64,000 nt of DNA from Octopus vulgaris (taxonomy: Eukaryota): contig OX597815.1 of the NCBI GenBank assembly GCA_951406725.2, positions 92,814,001-92,878,000 of the forward strand. The letters run 5' to 3'. The stretch's first letter is position 1. Each line of letters starts with the position of its first letter. The notes under the pieces were generated by a model. It had not been told where the DNA came from, ran no database searches, and saw only the letters and a program-made list of their open reading frames with translations. The position numbers and the translations under genes are program-made. Below, piece after piece: positions 1 through 12,942 of this stretch.

Positions 1-165
1 CTTATGTGCTACTTGTTGGTCTGTCTGTATAATAAGGTTCTATAGTATTTTCACATTATCATCTTGTAAAACATGAATACAACAAAACTTTTCTTGAACG
101 ATTCAAAATCATATTGCCAAGAATATGCAGAGCAGATATATTGCATGAATGTATCTATGAAAGTC

Positions 166-517
166 AGCTCAGTGGTTAGGGCAGCAGACTTGCAATCATA
201 GGATCATGATTTCGATTCCAAGATCGGGCATTGTGAGTGTTTATTGAGCAGAAACACCTAAACATCCATGAGGCTCTGGCAGGGTTTGGTGGTGCACTCT
301 GCTGTATTCTTTCACCACAACTTTCTCTCACTCTTTCTTCCTGTTTCTGTTGTACCTGTATTTCAAAGGGCCAGCCTTGTCATACTCTGTGTCATGCTGA
401 ATCTCCCCGAGAACTACCTTAAGAGTACACGTGTTTGTGGAATGCTCAGCCACTTGCACATTACTTTCACGAGCAGGCTGTTATGTTGATCGGATCAACT
501 GGAAACGACAGAGTGCC
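166..517 (+). mobile_element. tRNA-derived SINE (family A)
   Basis: A-box-like AGCTCAGTGGTTAG and B-box-like TTCGATTCC head followed by a non-tRNA body; ends next to a (TA)n tract. Confidence 0.7.
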
Positions 518-539
518 ATGATATATATACATACATACA

Positions 540-585
<46 letters not shown>

Positions 586-588
<3 letters not shown>

Positions 589-800
589 TTTTATTTGTTT
601 CAGTCATTTGACTGTGGCCATGCTGGAGCACCGCCTTTAGTCAAACAAATTGACCCCAGGACTTATTCTTTGAAAACCTTGTACTTATTCTATCTGTCTC
701 TTTTGCCGAACCACTAAGTTACGGGGACATGAACACACCAACATCAATTGTCAAGTGATAGTGGGGGGGACAAACACAAATGCACAAACACACACACACA
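586..800 (-). mobile_element. SINE family B, 3' half
   Basis: Reverse complement of the 3' half of full copies at 28903 and 36657 (ggtgctccagcatggcc.cagtcaaatgactgaaac). Confidence 0.85.
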
Positions 801-849
<49 letters not shown>

Positions 850-999
850 CATATATATATATATATATATATATAATTTGACTCATACCTAGAATGACCA
901 AATCCATAGGCAACATCATTCACCATAAAAGAGCAGGTCATCACCCACCAGCAGATATATTGGGAGGAATATGTGTGTGTATGTGTGTGTATGTATGTA

Positions 1000-1210
1000 G
1001 TAAATCCCCACTAAAAATGAAGAACAAACACAACAAGAAAGAAACAACAACATGAGGATGTGGTACATGCAAAGTATTAGCAGATACTCAGAGAAGGAAA
1101 GAAAGGTGGCTTTGTGTTTCAAGCAAAGCTCTTTGTCAGAAACAGGAGACAGTGGAAAGTCCAAGAGAAAAGGAAGACAGAGGGAAAAAAATCACCAACG
1201 ATCCACATGT
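1000..1210 (-). mobile_element. Penelope-like pseudo-LTR fragment with decayed hammerhead motif
   Basis: Homologous to 35925-36140; minus strand GTTT CTGACAA AGAGC TTT GCTT GAAA CA; flanked by microsatellites. Confidence 0.6.
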
Positions 1211-1664
1211 GTTGTATGTATGTATGTATGTATTATGTATGCATGTACACATGCATGTATGCAGAAGTATGGAAGTATTGACTATATAAGGGAATACTTT
1301 TATTGTTGTCGTTACTTAGCTTTAAGTCTTCAACCCTTGTCAATCAGACCAATTATCAAAGACATTTCAGCCATAGCCATTTCATCTTTTATTCTCAGAC
1401 ATATTGTCTGTATAATGTCCTCATTTTCTAATGTATCCTTTTTTTAAAAAAAACTGAAAGGGTGTATGTAATTTAAGGGATATTTGGCTGTTATCCCTTA
1501 TAGACTGAGTGATTGCTTAGCATATGGTCGTCTTAAGGTTCAATTTGTGTGTTATTTTTTGCTGCTAATTTAGTTTTAGATTGCAGAAATTTGAAATCTA
1601 ATCCAATTTCTCGGAAGAATTGTACTGTTGTACTGATAATGGATTTATTACAGTTATTGTCATA

Positions 1665-1830
1665 GGCATAGATTTAGCTATGTGGTTGAGAAGCTTGCTT
1701 TTTAACTATGTAGTCTTGGGTTCAATGCCACTGTATGGCGCCTTGGACAAATGTCTTCTGCTATAATCCTGGATTGACCAAAGCCTTATGAGTGGATTTG
1801 GTAGACAGAAACTGGAAGAAGCCCATCATG
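1665..1830 (+). mobile_element. SINE family B head (tRNA-like plus CORE-like domain)
   Basis: gctatgtggttgagaagcttgc...gggttcaatgcc...ccttggacaaatg...gtggatttggtagac, matches full copies. Confidence 0.8.
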
Positions 1831-1866
<36 letters not shown>

Positions 1867-2104
1867 CCTAACATTGGAATATCTATATTTTTGTTACACC
1901 GCTTGAATCTACATCATTCGATGACCATTATGCTTATGCTTACAACACTGCTAACACCGGATCCTACCGCCAGTAGGGGCAACAGTCTTAACATGCCTGA
2001 ATGTTTGAATGTTATCAGGTTAGAAGACAGAACAGATGAAGCATGCCTCAACGAACACCACCACAACCCTCTTCTTTTCAGGTGTTAAATAACATCCCTT
2101 CTCC

Positions 2105-3935
2105 TTAAACCTCACCCCACATTTCCTTCCCAGTTTTCAGAGTTGGCACTGTCAATGTTGGTACACTGAAAGGTAGGTCTAATGAGATTGTAGAGATGCT
2201 TGAAAGGAGATGAGTTGATGTATGCTGCATACAAGAGGTAAGATGGAGAGGGGCTTCAGCTAAGGTCCTCACAGGCAAGGCACATAGGTATAAAGTCTTC
2301 TGGCAAGGTAACATAGGTGATGTAGGGGGTATAGGCATACTCTTTGCAGAGAAATGAGTGGATAAGGTCATAGAGGTTGTTAGGGTATGTGATAGAGTGC
2401 TTAAGCTCAGGCTAGTCCTGAAGAACAGTACAGCTACAATTATCTCCGCCTATGCCCCACATGTGGGGCTACCAAATGATCAGAAGGACCACTTTTATGA
2501 TACCCTTCTACAGGCTACCTTAAAGACGAGTGACAATGACCTCATCTTTGTGGCTGGAGACTTTAATGGGCATGTTGGGTGGGAATCTGGTATCTTCACT
2601 GGGGTACATGGTGGCCATGGTATTGGCACCCGAAATGATGAGGGAAGCCAGGCTACTGGAGTTCTGTGATGCATGTAACCTTTTAATCTGCAACCTTAAC
2701 TTCAAGAAGCCAGACAGCCACCTTATAACTTATCAATCAGGGGACTCTGTTAGCCAGATTGATTTCATCCTCACCAGACAGCGGGACACAGAGTTGCTCT
2801 TAAAAACAAAGACCCTCCTGGGTGAAGAATGTACTCCCCAGCATAGGCTAGTCATTAGTGACTTTAGGCTCAAAGCCAAAAGGATACCAATCAAAAAAAA
2901 GGATTTGGAAGATATAGAACCCTTCACATGGTCAGAGATTTAGGGACATCCTCATCAAGAAATTTGAGGAGAGGGAGCAGGAGCTACAGACATCAGACAC
3001 AGAAGGTGGCTGTAAATTCCTATGGGATAGCTTGCTGAGTGCCACAGACCAAGTCTGCAGATGATGCAAAGTCCCTTCCAGACCTAGACTTACCTGGTGG
3101 TGGAATAGTACAGTAGACAAAGTCATTAGAGCAAAGAAACAGGCCTGGAAAGCCTGGAAGGGTTGGGGTAGCAGGGAGCTGTACCAGGTAGCCAGAAGGG
3201 AGGCTAGGTGGTAGGTATACATAGCCAAGAGCAAAGTGGAAAAGAGGTTTGCCAATGTCCAGCGACGTGAGGACCAAAGAACTGAGGTATTATGGATTGC
3301 AAGACAATGTGTGAGAGAAAATTGTGGTGTCACAGGAGAGAAATGTGTCCGCATGGATGATGGTGCACTTGCTTTTAATGAGGCTTGGCGAAGCCATTAT
3401 GAAAGACTGCTGAATGTAGAGAATGAATGGGAGGAGAAGAGCCTGCCAAATGTTGACCCAGTAGAGGGACCAGCTATCCGAATAGACAGCTCCCTAGTAG
3501 ATAATGCAATTAAGGATATGAAGCCAGGAAAAGCCCCCGACCCATCAGGAATCACTGATGAGATGCTTAAAACATCTGGTGGTGTGAGCATGGTCTAGTC
3601 ACCTGCATTGTAAACCAGGTAGTTCATGACGGAGTCATACACAATGACTGGTATAGCAGCACCATAGTCAACTGTTACAAGGGTAAAGGTGATGTTCTAG
3701 ATAGAAATAACTACAGGGGTATCAAACTGCTGGATCAGGTGATGAAGGTCACAGAGAGGGTCATAGCCCATCTCATTAGGGAGAGAGTCTGCTTAGATGA
3801 GATGCAGTTCGGTTTTGTGCTGAGTAGATGCACCACTGATGCCATATTCCTGGTTCGACAACTGCAGGAGAAATACCTAGCTAAAGATAAATCCCTATAC
3901 TTAGCTTCTGTGGACTTGGAGAAAGCCTTTGACAC
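2105..3935 (+). mobile_element. RTE-clade LINE relic (APE endonuclease plus N-terminal RT), frameshifted
   Basis: GTVNVGTL, CCIQEVRW, AYAP, AGDFNGHVG, SQIDFIL, QHRLV endonuclease motifs; NYRGIKLL, QFGF, DLEKAFD RT motifs; stops and frameshifts. Confidence 0.92.
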
Positions 3936-3984
3936 AACTCGGTAGTAGGTCCAAATAGGTTCCTGGCCACAGTCCTGAAGATGT

Positions 3985-5392
3985 GTTGACATCAAATTGC
4001 ACCCCACTAATTGAGCTCTGGAAGAATTCACCTGACACAGGCTATATTCCTGATTATTTTATTTCCCAGTCTGTTGTTCCAGCTTTCAAAGAGATAAACA
4101 AATCTCTTGCAGTGAATTACTGTCCAATTTCACTCACCTCTCATATCATTAAAGTATTTGAGAGAGTGGTGAGATCATGAATAACCCACTTCCTCGAAGA
4201 CAACTGTCTGCTGAACCCCAACCAGCATGGTTTCTATGATGGCAGCTTCTGCACCATTTTGATGACATTTTAAAAGCTTTGGGAGAAGGCTCCAACACTG
4301 ATGTCATATACCTTGATTTCAATAAGGCATTTGACAGAGTGGACCACAAAATCCTGCTGAAGAAACTGTCCAAAATTGGTGTCTGTGGAAAGCTGCTGTA
4401 GTGGATAAAGTGCTTCCTGACGAACAGAACCCAACATGTTGTGCTTGAGGGAATCTGATCAAACTCAGCTGAAGTCAGTAGTGGTGTCCCACAAAGTACT
4501 GTGTTGGGCCCATTCCTCTTTATTATCTACATCAGTGACATATTAGACCCTACATTGAAAATCTTTGCAGATGATTCCAAGCTCCACAAGGCCATAAACA
4601 GTATGGGAGACCAAACATGCCTTAAGTTAGATCTGTTTGCTGTTGTAAAATGGTAGGAAAATAACAATATGTTTCTAAATGAAGATAAGTTTAATTTGAT
4701 CCACTTTGGAAAAGAGGATATTCTGAAACTACCATATGCCCTTTCCTCGGGCAACTCCCTAGTGTCATCCAACACCAGAGACCTCAGAGTAATTATTGAT
4801 AACAGTCTAAGCTGGAGTTCCCATGTAAACAGCAAAGTTGACTTGGCCTGCAAGATGTGCTCCTGGATTCTGAGAACATGCTCACACCATCATCTTCTCT
4901 ACTCTACTTTTGTCTGACCCCACCTTGAATACTGTTGCCCACTGTGGTCTCCCCACATGAAGCAAAGCATTATGAAAGTGGAAGCACTCAATAGTCAATA
5001 ACAATAGGTCAATAACAAGAAAGATAGATGGCATGACAGACATTGACTACTGGGGTCAACTAAAAAACTCAATCTCTACTCTCTCCAACAACACTGTGAG
5101 TGCTATGTCATTTGTGTAATGCGGAAAATATTCCATCAATATTGCACAAAATGATGTTGGCATCAATTTTAAAATCCACTCAAGACTTGGCCCATGTGCT
5201 ATCCACCCATTACAAAAGTTGAACTTTAGACACACGACAACATTATGTCACAACTACTTTACCTCAACTGGTCCAGCTCTCTTTAAATTTATACCAAAAT
5301 ACATCAAAACAGAAACAGATCCCATAAAATTCAAAAGTTCTCTGGACAAATTTCTCAAAAAAATCCTGGACCAACCTCCTACACCCAGATAT
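3985..5392 (+). mobile_element. CR1/L2/Jockey-group LINE relic (RT and 3' end)
   Basis: [59 protein letters not shown] motifs. Confidence 0.88.
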
Positions 5393-5401
5393 GTGTGTGT
5401 G

Positions 5402-5446
<45 letters not shown>

Positions 5447-5479
5447 ATGTGTGTGTGTGTGTGTGTGTATGTGTGCATG

Positions 5480-5712
5480 CTATTGTCTCCTTGCCTTAAC
5501 ATGGCATGATAGTCGCAAACAAGTGTCACTGTAGTGCAAGTAGTATCCTTTGTTTCCAATATTCTGTGGAAACATGTCTGCTCATGGGGAAATATTACCT
5601 TGCTTGGAAACAGATAAGGGTTGGCAACAGGGAAGGGCATCAGGCTGTAGAAATTCCATGATCTGTGCAAGCATGGAAATATGTACATTAAAATAATAAT
5701 GATAATGAGGAT
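5480..5712 (+). mobile_element. SINE 3' half with RTE-like tail
   Basis: ggaagggcatc...gcaagcatggaaa...(aat/gat)n; homologous to 40720-40950 and, on the minus strand, 6640-6890. Confidence 0.7.
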
Positions 5713-6899
5713 GAGGTTGAAATCTGAAAGGATTTTGAGATGCTTAGATTTAATAATATTGAGAAGATTGATGGTCATTCTATTTCTCTACACTTTCTAA
5801 TTTATTCTTTCTTCATATTTCTCAGATGATGATTTATGTAACATTATCATGCCTTCTCTGACATCCTTTCTCAGCTAATTTCCTATTACTACAATTTCTT
5901 TGACATTCTTACTACACATTCTAGAATATGTGATTTTGTCTATATGGAACTTGATATAGCTTGTTATCAATACTGGTTTCTATGCTACCACAAAATCAGA
6001 GCTTCATTCACAGGCATTTTTAACCTTAATCATTATTTATCCTCATTCACAATTTCATCCATCTCCATAAAACAGCTCCCATAAATCAATTTTTTTGCAG
6101 CTACATTTTCTGTTTAATTACCTGGTGCCATGCATTCTTTAACCTTAACTAAACTATTTTAGTTTTCTTAACCTCTTTCAACAGCAGTTTCACCCTTTTC
6201 TTCTCATATTATATACTACACTATTTTTCTCATTTTCTATATATCCTTCCCATCTAATTTGCCTTTCCTTTCTTTTTCCTACTGAGTATAATAACTCCTA
6301 TTAATATGACTCTTACTGTGTAAGCCCCCATATATGGTCAATGCTGTAGAAGTGTTCTTATCTAAACTAACATCTGTATTTTGTTTTAGAATTCCTCCAT
6401 TTATATCCTAACAGAAGATATGGTTTATGTCTTAATGGCTAAAATCTTAGTTTTACTATATAGCTTAAATTTAACTTCCAGACACAATCTTTACTGAACA
6501 GTTTCTTCATGTTACATTGTTGTTTAATCCCAGGTTAGCTCTGACTTAGTAGACCAATGATCAAAAGATTTCTAACTATGACATCATCATGAAAACCATC
6601 AAAGACGACATCGACGACGACACACCACCACCACCACCACCACCACTTTCATTATTGTCTTCACATACACTTCTCCATGCTTGCATGGATCAGATAGAAC
6701 TTGCTATGGCAGATTTTCTATGGTTGTATGCCCTTCCCATCACCAAGTCTTATGTGTTACCATCTAAGCTAATATTTTCTCTTGGCCTGACATGTTTTCA
6801 TAGAAGATTCAAATGACACTGCTTGTATGACAGTGATGCTCATTTACTCAATTACAGGATGTCAAGACAAGGAGACACAAACACACACACATGCACACA

Positions 6900-7026
6900 T
6901 AGGCGCAGGCGTGGCTGTGTGATAATAAGCTTGCTTCCCAACCTCACGGTTCAGATTCAGCCCCACTGCATAGCACCTTGGGTGTCTTCTATTATAGCTT
7001 CAGGCTGACCAAAGCCTTGTGAGTGA

Positions 7027-7027
<1 letters not shown>
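6900..7027 (+). mobile_element. SINE family B head (its tail lies at 9810-10035)
   Basis: aggcgcaggcgtggctgtgtg...gcaccttggg...ccaaagccttgtgagtg. Confidence 0.8.
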
Positions 7028-7060
<33 letters not shown>

Positions 7061-7172
7061 TGATAAAAGTGGTAAGACAACAAAAGAATGAAAGAGACCT
7101 TGATATTATGTAAATAGAGGAATTTATCTGTAAATGTAATATGTGACAATTATTCGGTGGCCGAATAATTGT

Positions 7173-7239
<67 letters not shown>

Positions 7240-7241
<2 letters not shown>

Positions 7242-9765
7242 CACCCCTCCTACTTCTGTCTCGTCCACCCCTTCACTTTAGTCTGTTGTTACCATTCCTC
7301 TAGATCTTCCTCTCTCTGAGGCAGAGCACTCCATCCTCAGTAGGGGTCTGCGTTTCATCCCCCTTCACTCTATCCAGCAACAAATTTTGGACTTGTGCCA
7401 ATATCCACAAGTTTGTGTACTGCATTAGGTTGTGTGCGCTTTTCCGTGACACTCCACCTGCACCTAATGAGGAGGACTGTTTCACCGACCTGGGTAGCCA
7501 CCCATCCCAGTCGATCTTTTTGCAGGTGCCTACAAGCATGCTGTGGACCACTTTGACTTTCCCAAGAGTCCCCGACATCTAAACAGCTCCCCAGCTGAAC
7601 TTTCAGCCCTTTGATGTCTCTGACACCGCACGGTTAGAGCCGTGGTGGTGTGGTGCGTGGACCTCTATAAGGTGGAAGCTCTCTGCCAACTTCAAGACAT
7701 CTCCTTCTACTGTCCTCTGCCCTCCAGCCCCAGCTACCAACAGACTGTGTCCTCCACTATCCATGACCTCATCTCCTCCTCCCGTCTCCTCCCCACCACC
7801 TCTAAACTCATTATCTGCACCCCTCACTCTTCCACAAAATACTTCCTCCCCAAAATCCACAAACTCAACAACCCTGGCCGCCCCATCGGTTCCGCCTGCA
7901 ACTGCCCAATTGAACTCATCTCCAAATACCTTGATCATGTCTTTGCCCCCCTCCCCAGTGGCTTCCCTCCCCTCTCAAATCTATGATACCAATGCTCTCC
8001 GTTTGTTCAACTCTTTCTCCTTCCCTCCTGGCCCCTCTAAACTTCTCTTTACTCTTGACAAGAGTCTATACATGGTGATCCCTCACCATGAGGGGCTGTG
8101 TGCATTCCAACAGTTCCTTGACCTTCGACCCAACCCCCAACCTGACACATCTACACTCCTTCGTCTGGCCAAACTTGTCCTCTCACTTAACTGCTTCTCG
8201 TTTGTGGGTGATTTTTACCAGCAAACCTGCTCCCCACTTCTCCTGCATTATTTCTGACACCTCAGTTGCCTTTCTTGACATTTCGGTCAGCATTCATCTC
8301 TCCGCTCTCATCACCTCCATCCACTACAAACACACAGACTCACACTCATACCTCAACTTCTCCTCTCACCCTAAATACACCAAGCTCTCCATCCCCTATT
8401 CCCAATTCCTCCGTCTATGCAGGCTCTGCAGTGACAACCATGACTTTGAGACTCAGTCTCAACTCATGGCTTACCACTTCATCCTACATGGATATTACCT
8501 CACCAATATCCACACTACCCTTGGCAGAGCACGTTCCATGGACCATGCATCTGCTCTCTCCACCGCACATGCCCCACCATCACTCGTCTTGCGCTTCCCC
8601 TCACCTACCACCCCACCACCCTACCTCTCTAATACACCATTCTCTGAGCCTTCTGGTGACTCCTGTCCGACCCTTCCACTTCGCACATCTTCCTTAACTG
8701 ACCCCTCCCCTCTTTCAAACGAGCCCACAACCTATGAGACCTCTTGGTCCACAGCTTCTTCCCTAACCCAACCTCCCAACCAGGCTCGTTCCTCTGCTCC
8801 TGCCTACACTGTCACACTTGACCTTACCTCTCCAATACCACCCTCCTCACAGGCACCCATCATCGACCCTATCATATTACTGACTCTGTCACCTGCACTT
8901 CTAGCAACATCATCTACTGCATCTCCTGCTCTCTCTGCCCTTCTCTATACATTGGTCAGATAGGATGCTGCTTGTCTGTGTTCGGATTGTCCTTGCACAG
9001 GGGCCATCCAGACTCCCGTCTTCGCCGTGAGCAGGGATTAATCTTCTCTCTTTGCTCTTTTGCACCACATAGGCTCATCTCTCCTTCCCTCTGTATCTAA
9101 CCCTCCTCCTCTTTCCTCTCTTCTTCTCACACCTACTTCCTCTCACCCACTTTTCCTCTCTTGCTCTGGCACCTACTTCCTCTCTTCACTCCTACCCACT
9201 TTCTCCCTTCCACCCTCACCCTTCATCGTCACCTCCCCCCTTGTTACCTCATGCCTACACATTCCAACTCCACCATCCCTATACATCCCATCATACCCCA
9301 CCCCTTAGACCCAACCTTGCTTCCCCTACTCTCGCCTCCGCCACACCTCAACACCACCACACCACACCACCATACTACACACCACCACACCATACACCAC
9401 CACACCACCAGACCACACACCATCATGCTACACCACACCACATCACACGAGCCCCCTTTCATGCGCATGTGCACGCACATACACGCTCTCACATGCACAC
9501 GCACGCGTACCTTCGTTTTGGGATCACCATTACTTTATTATCTCTCTTTCTTCCTAGCTCTCCTGTGTGACCCCTCTGTCCGGCATTCGCCATGATAGAT
9601 CGCTAGCCACTATACCTTTTTCTATTTTCTCTCCCTGTTTATTTCTGTGTTCCTTTCTGTCGAAGAGCATAGGCTTGTAATGTAAAAGACTTTCTCACTT
9701 TCCGAGCATTAATACATGTTTGTTGTTTACACATCCGTCTTCATTTTTTGTTTTTGTGTAAATTC

Positions 9766-9770
<5 letters not shown>
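7240..9770 (+). mobile_element. Penelope-like element relic (RT, GIY-YIG endonuclease, pseudo-LTR)
   Basis: LSEAEHSILSRGLRFIP N-terminus, LPKIHKLNNPGRPI, FLDI...KHTDSHSYLNFSSHP...IPYSQFLRLCRLCS, CTSSNIIYCISCSLCPSLYIGQ (GIY-YIG); decayed hammerhead at 9653-9688; ends in (TA)n. Confidence 0.9.
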
Positions 9771-9809
<39 letters not shown>

Positions 9810-9812
<3 letters not shown>

Positions 9813-10035
9813 CTATGTGTGTGTCTGTGTCTGTGTTTGTCCCCCCACCATTGCTTGACAAGTAATGTTGGTGTGTTTATGTCCCTGTAGCGTAGAAGTT
9901 TGGTAAAATAGTCAAATAAAATAAGTACTTGGCTTACAAAGAACAAGTCCTGGGGTTGATTTGTTTGACTAAAACACATCAAGATGGCCCTCCAGCATAC
10001 CCGCAGCCAAATGACTGGAACAAGTGAAAGAATAA
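9810..10035 (+). mobile_element. SINE family B 3' half
   Basis: gtttgtcccccc...aataagtac...ccagcat...caaatgactggaacaag. Confidence 0.85.
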
Positions 10036-10059
10036 AAAAATATAAATACATATTTGCCA

Positions 10060-11244
10060 CCATATGTAAGCGTTTTATTAAACTGCATGAACTAAAAGTT
10101 GGAGGGGGACAGGATAAACTACCTGCATCAACTTGCTATAAAAGCAGGTAGTAATTTTACCTTCTATTTATTCTTAGTGCAAGTTTTAAAGAGTGCAGTT
10201 CAATTTTAACAGTTATTTTTTCAAAGCTATAACGGAAGTGACAAAGGAGGATATTCAGCATATTTTGCTTTATGTGTTCAATAAAGGCAACAACGCAATG
10301 GAAAGTGCAAGGAATATTAATGCAATAAATGGGGATCAGACAAGTGAAAGCCATTGCCAGTGATGGTTCTAGAAATTCTGAGCTGGAAATCACTGCATGG
10401 AAGATCTGTAGAGCTTGACGAGGATGTCCTGCAAACCTTGGTGGAACAAAATCTCCTTATAACTGGTGAGGACCTAACAGAGAAGCATTGGATCAATGGG
10501 TTCCTCACAAACTTTCCTAGTCTAATAGTGCACAGAGAGTGAATGTGTGCTCTTCTTTGCTATCACATCTCATGAATGAACCCCTTTTTAACTGAATAGT
10601 GACTGGTGACAAGAAATCGGTTCGCTATAAAAATTTCAAGCATTGAAGACAGTGAGAGAAACATCAACACCCAAGGTTAAACAAGGTTTTCACCCACATA
10701 AAGTGTTGTTATCTGTTTGATGGGATATGAAAGGTTTATTCCACTTTCAACTTTTAAACCCAAACCAAATGATAACAAAGCTGATCTACTGCAAGCAGTT
10801 GGAATGGCTTAAGTCAGCGCTAGAAGAAAAATGACTATCTTTGGTTTCAAGAGGAAAGGTGTTCTTCCATCAGGATAATGTTCAGCCACATACAGTAAGG
10901 ATGACATTCCAACAGCTGGAGCAGTTTGAATGGGAAATGATTCCCCACCCACTATATTCACTAGACATTGCTCCATCTGATTATCATTTATTCCACATAC
11001 TTCAAAATCATTTGGACGGAAGAAATATGAATTCTGTAGACAAGGCCAGAACAGTACTGGAGGAGGGTTTTTCATCATGGACAAGTGAATTTTGGAAGAG
11101 GAGCCTTGCAAATCTACCAGATAGACGGAAGAGCATTGTAGAAAATGAAGGAGAGTATATTTTAGATTAGAAAAGAACTTTATCTTAATTTTGAAAAATA
11201 AAAGAAGTATAAAAGAAGTGCATTATTTATGGGATGACTCAATA
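10060..11244 (+). mobile_element. Mariner (Tc1/mariner) transposon relic
   Basis: IVTGDKK, FFHQDNVQPH, HPLYSLDIAPSDYHLF transposase motifs; 3' TIR-like gcattatttatgggatgactcaa followed by TA. Confidence 0.9.
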
Positions 11245-11254
11245 TATATATATG

Positions 11255-11292
<38 letters not shown>

Positions 11293-11296
<4 letters not shown>

Positions 11297-11914
11297 TAAA
11301 ATCAAAATGAGGGTAAAAAAATTGGATATTAATTTAATAACATCAATTTAACACCAGCGGTTTAGCGCATAAAAAACTGAGATTCAGTAAATATTATTAA
11401 TACACAAATATGAGAGAATCCACTATATGGACGCCCTTATGCTAAAGAGAGATCCGCATGAGTCTCAACCACTAAGAATTGTTCTCAAGAAAAATTTGGC
11501 ACACTATAAACGTAAGTGAGCAGGACAAATGAAAAATTTATGCAGTATTTATTTCCGGGAATTTGGCACGCTAGAATAAGGGCATTTGAATATAACTGTG
11601 AATATAATAGGCCGAACTACTCATATTTTTGACCTTGTGTTAATATCTGGCATGCAGTTCGACAAATTATATTTTATGACGGACCTCACTGATGATCTGC
11701 AGATTAATTGTGTAAGTAAAATTGCATAATTTATTAACAGTGAAACAATTGTATGGGGTTAATCTATATTTTTGTTATTTTTCATTTGTCCTGCTCACAT
11801 ACGTTTATAGTGTGCTAAATTTTTCTTGAGAACAATTCTTAGTGGTTGAAACTCATGCGGATCTCTCTTTATCGTAAGGGCGTCCATATAGTGGATTCTC
11901 TTTCATATTTGTGC
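11293..11914 (+). mobile_element. Hammerhead-containing foldback element (Penelope pseudo-LTR-like) between (TA)n tracts
   Basis: About 135-bp inverted arms at 11402-11538 and 11777-11913 flanking a hammerhead motif. Confidence 0.7.
11682..11760 (+). ncRNA. Type I hammerhead ribozyme motif
   Basis: Stem I GACCTCA/TGGGGTT; CTGATGA 11689-11695; long stem II (ctg/cag, aattgtgtaa/ttgcataatt); GAAA 11742-11745; palindromic stem III ACAATTGT; GTA cleavage triplet ending at 11753. Confidence 0.75.
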
Positions 11915-11934
11915 ATATATATATATATATATAT

Positions 11935-12655
11935 CATCATCATCATCATCATTTAACATCTGCTTCCATGCTGGCATGGGTTTGACAGTTTCACTGAAAA
12001 CTGGTAAGCCAGGGAGCTGCACTAGGTTTCAATCTGCTTTGACAAGGTTTCTACGACTGGATGCACTTCTTACACTAACTGTTCTGAGAATGTGGTGGAT
12101 GCTTCTCACATACCACTGGTATGGGTGCCATTAACCCAACCCTGGCAACGGCCATGACTACAGTCTCACTTGGCTTGACAGGTCTACACAAGCATGGTAC
12201 ATCACCAAAGGTCTTGGTCCCCTGTTACTGCCTCCTTGAGGCCCAAAACTTGAATAGTACTTCTTACATGCCAGCCAAATAGCACTGGCATTGACCACGA
12301 CTATGATTTCATTCAGCTTGACAGGTCTTCACAAGCATGGCATATCACCCAACAATTGAAGGGTGCTTTTAACAGGCCATGACTACGATCTCACTTGGCT
12401 TGATGGGTCTTTTCAAGCATGGCATATCACCAAAGGTCTCAGTTGCTTGTCATTGCCTCTGTGAGGTCCAACATTCAGAGATCGTGCTTCACTATCTTGT
12501 ACCATGTCTTCCTGGGTCTACCTCTTCCACAGGTTCCCTCCACCGTTAGAGTGCAACATTTCTTCACACAGCTGCCCTCATCCATACGCATCACATGACC
12601 ACACCAGCACAGTCTTCTCTCTTGCACATCACATCTGATGCTTCTGATGCTTCTT
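11935..12655 (-). mobile_element. RTE LINE 3' end
   Basis: (CAT)n tail on plus strand, RTE 3' UTR, coding end ...WCGHVMRMDEGSCVKKC...RGRPRKTW on the minus strand. Confidence 0.85.
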
Positions 12656-12659
12656 ATAC

Positions 12660-12880
12660 TCTCTTTACTCTTTTACTTGTTTCAGTCATTTGACTGTGGC
12701 CATGCTGGAGAACCACCTTTAGTCGAGCAAATCAACCCCGGGACTTATACTTTGTAAGCCTAGTACCTATTCTATTGGTAACTTTTGCCGAACCACTGAG
12801 TTACGAGGATGTAAACACACTAACATCGGTTGTCAAGCAATGTTGGGGTGACAAACACAGACACACAAACATATACACAC
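12660..12880 (-). mobile_element. SINE family B 3' half
   Basis: Reverse complement of the family B tail. Confidence 0.85.
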
Positions 12881-12888
12881 GCACATAC

Positions 12889-12940
<52 letters not shown>

Positions 12941-12942
<2 letters not shown>

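Noticed and set aside
166-235. tRNA gene
   Set aside because: tRNA-like boxes run into a SINE body with no full cloverleaf
8088-8963. Longest ORF (291 aa) as a host gene
   Set aside because: Only the middle matches Penelope RT; the rest is off-frame in a C-rich relic
10841-11170. SETMAR host gene
   Set aside because: Only a broken mariner transposase; no SET domain or exon structure
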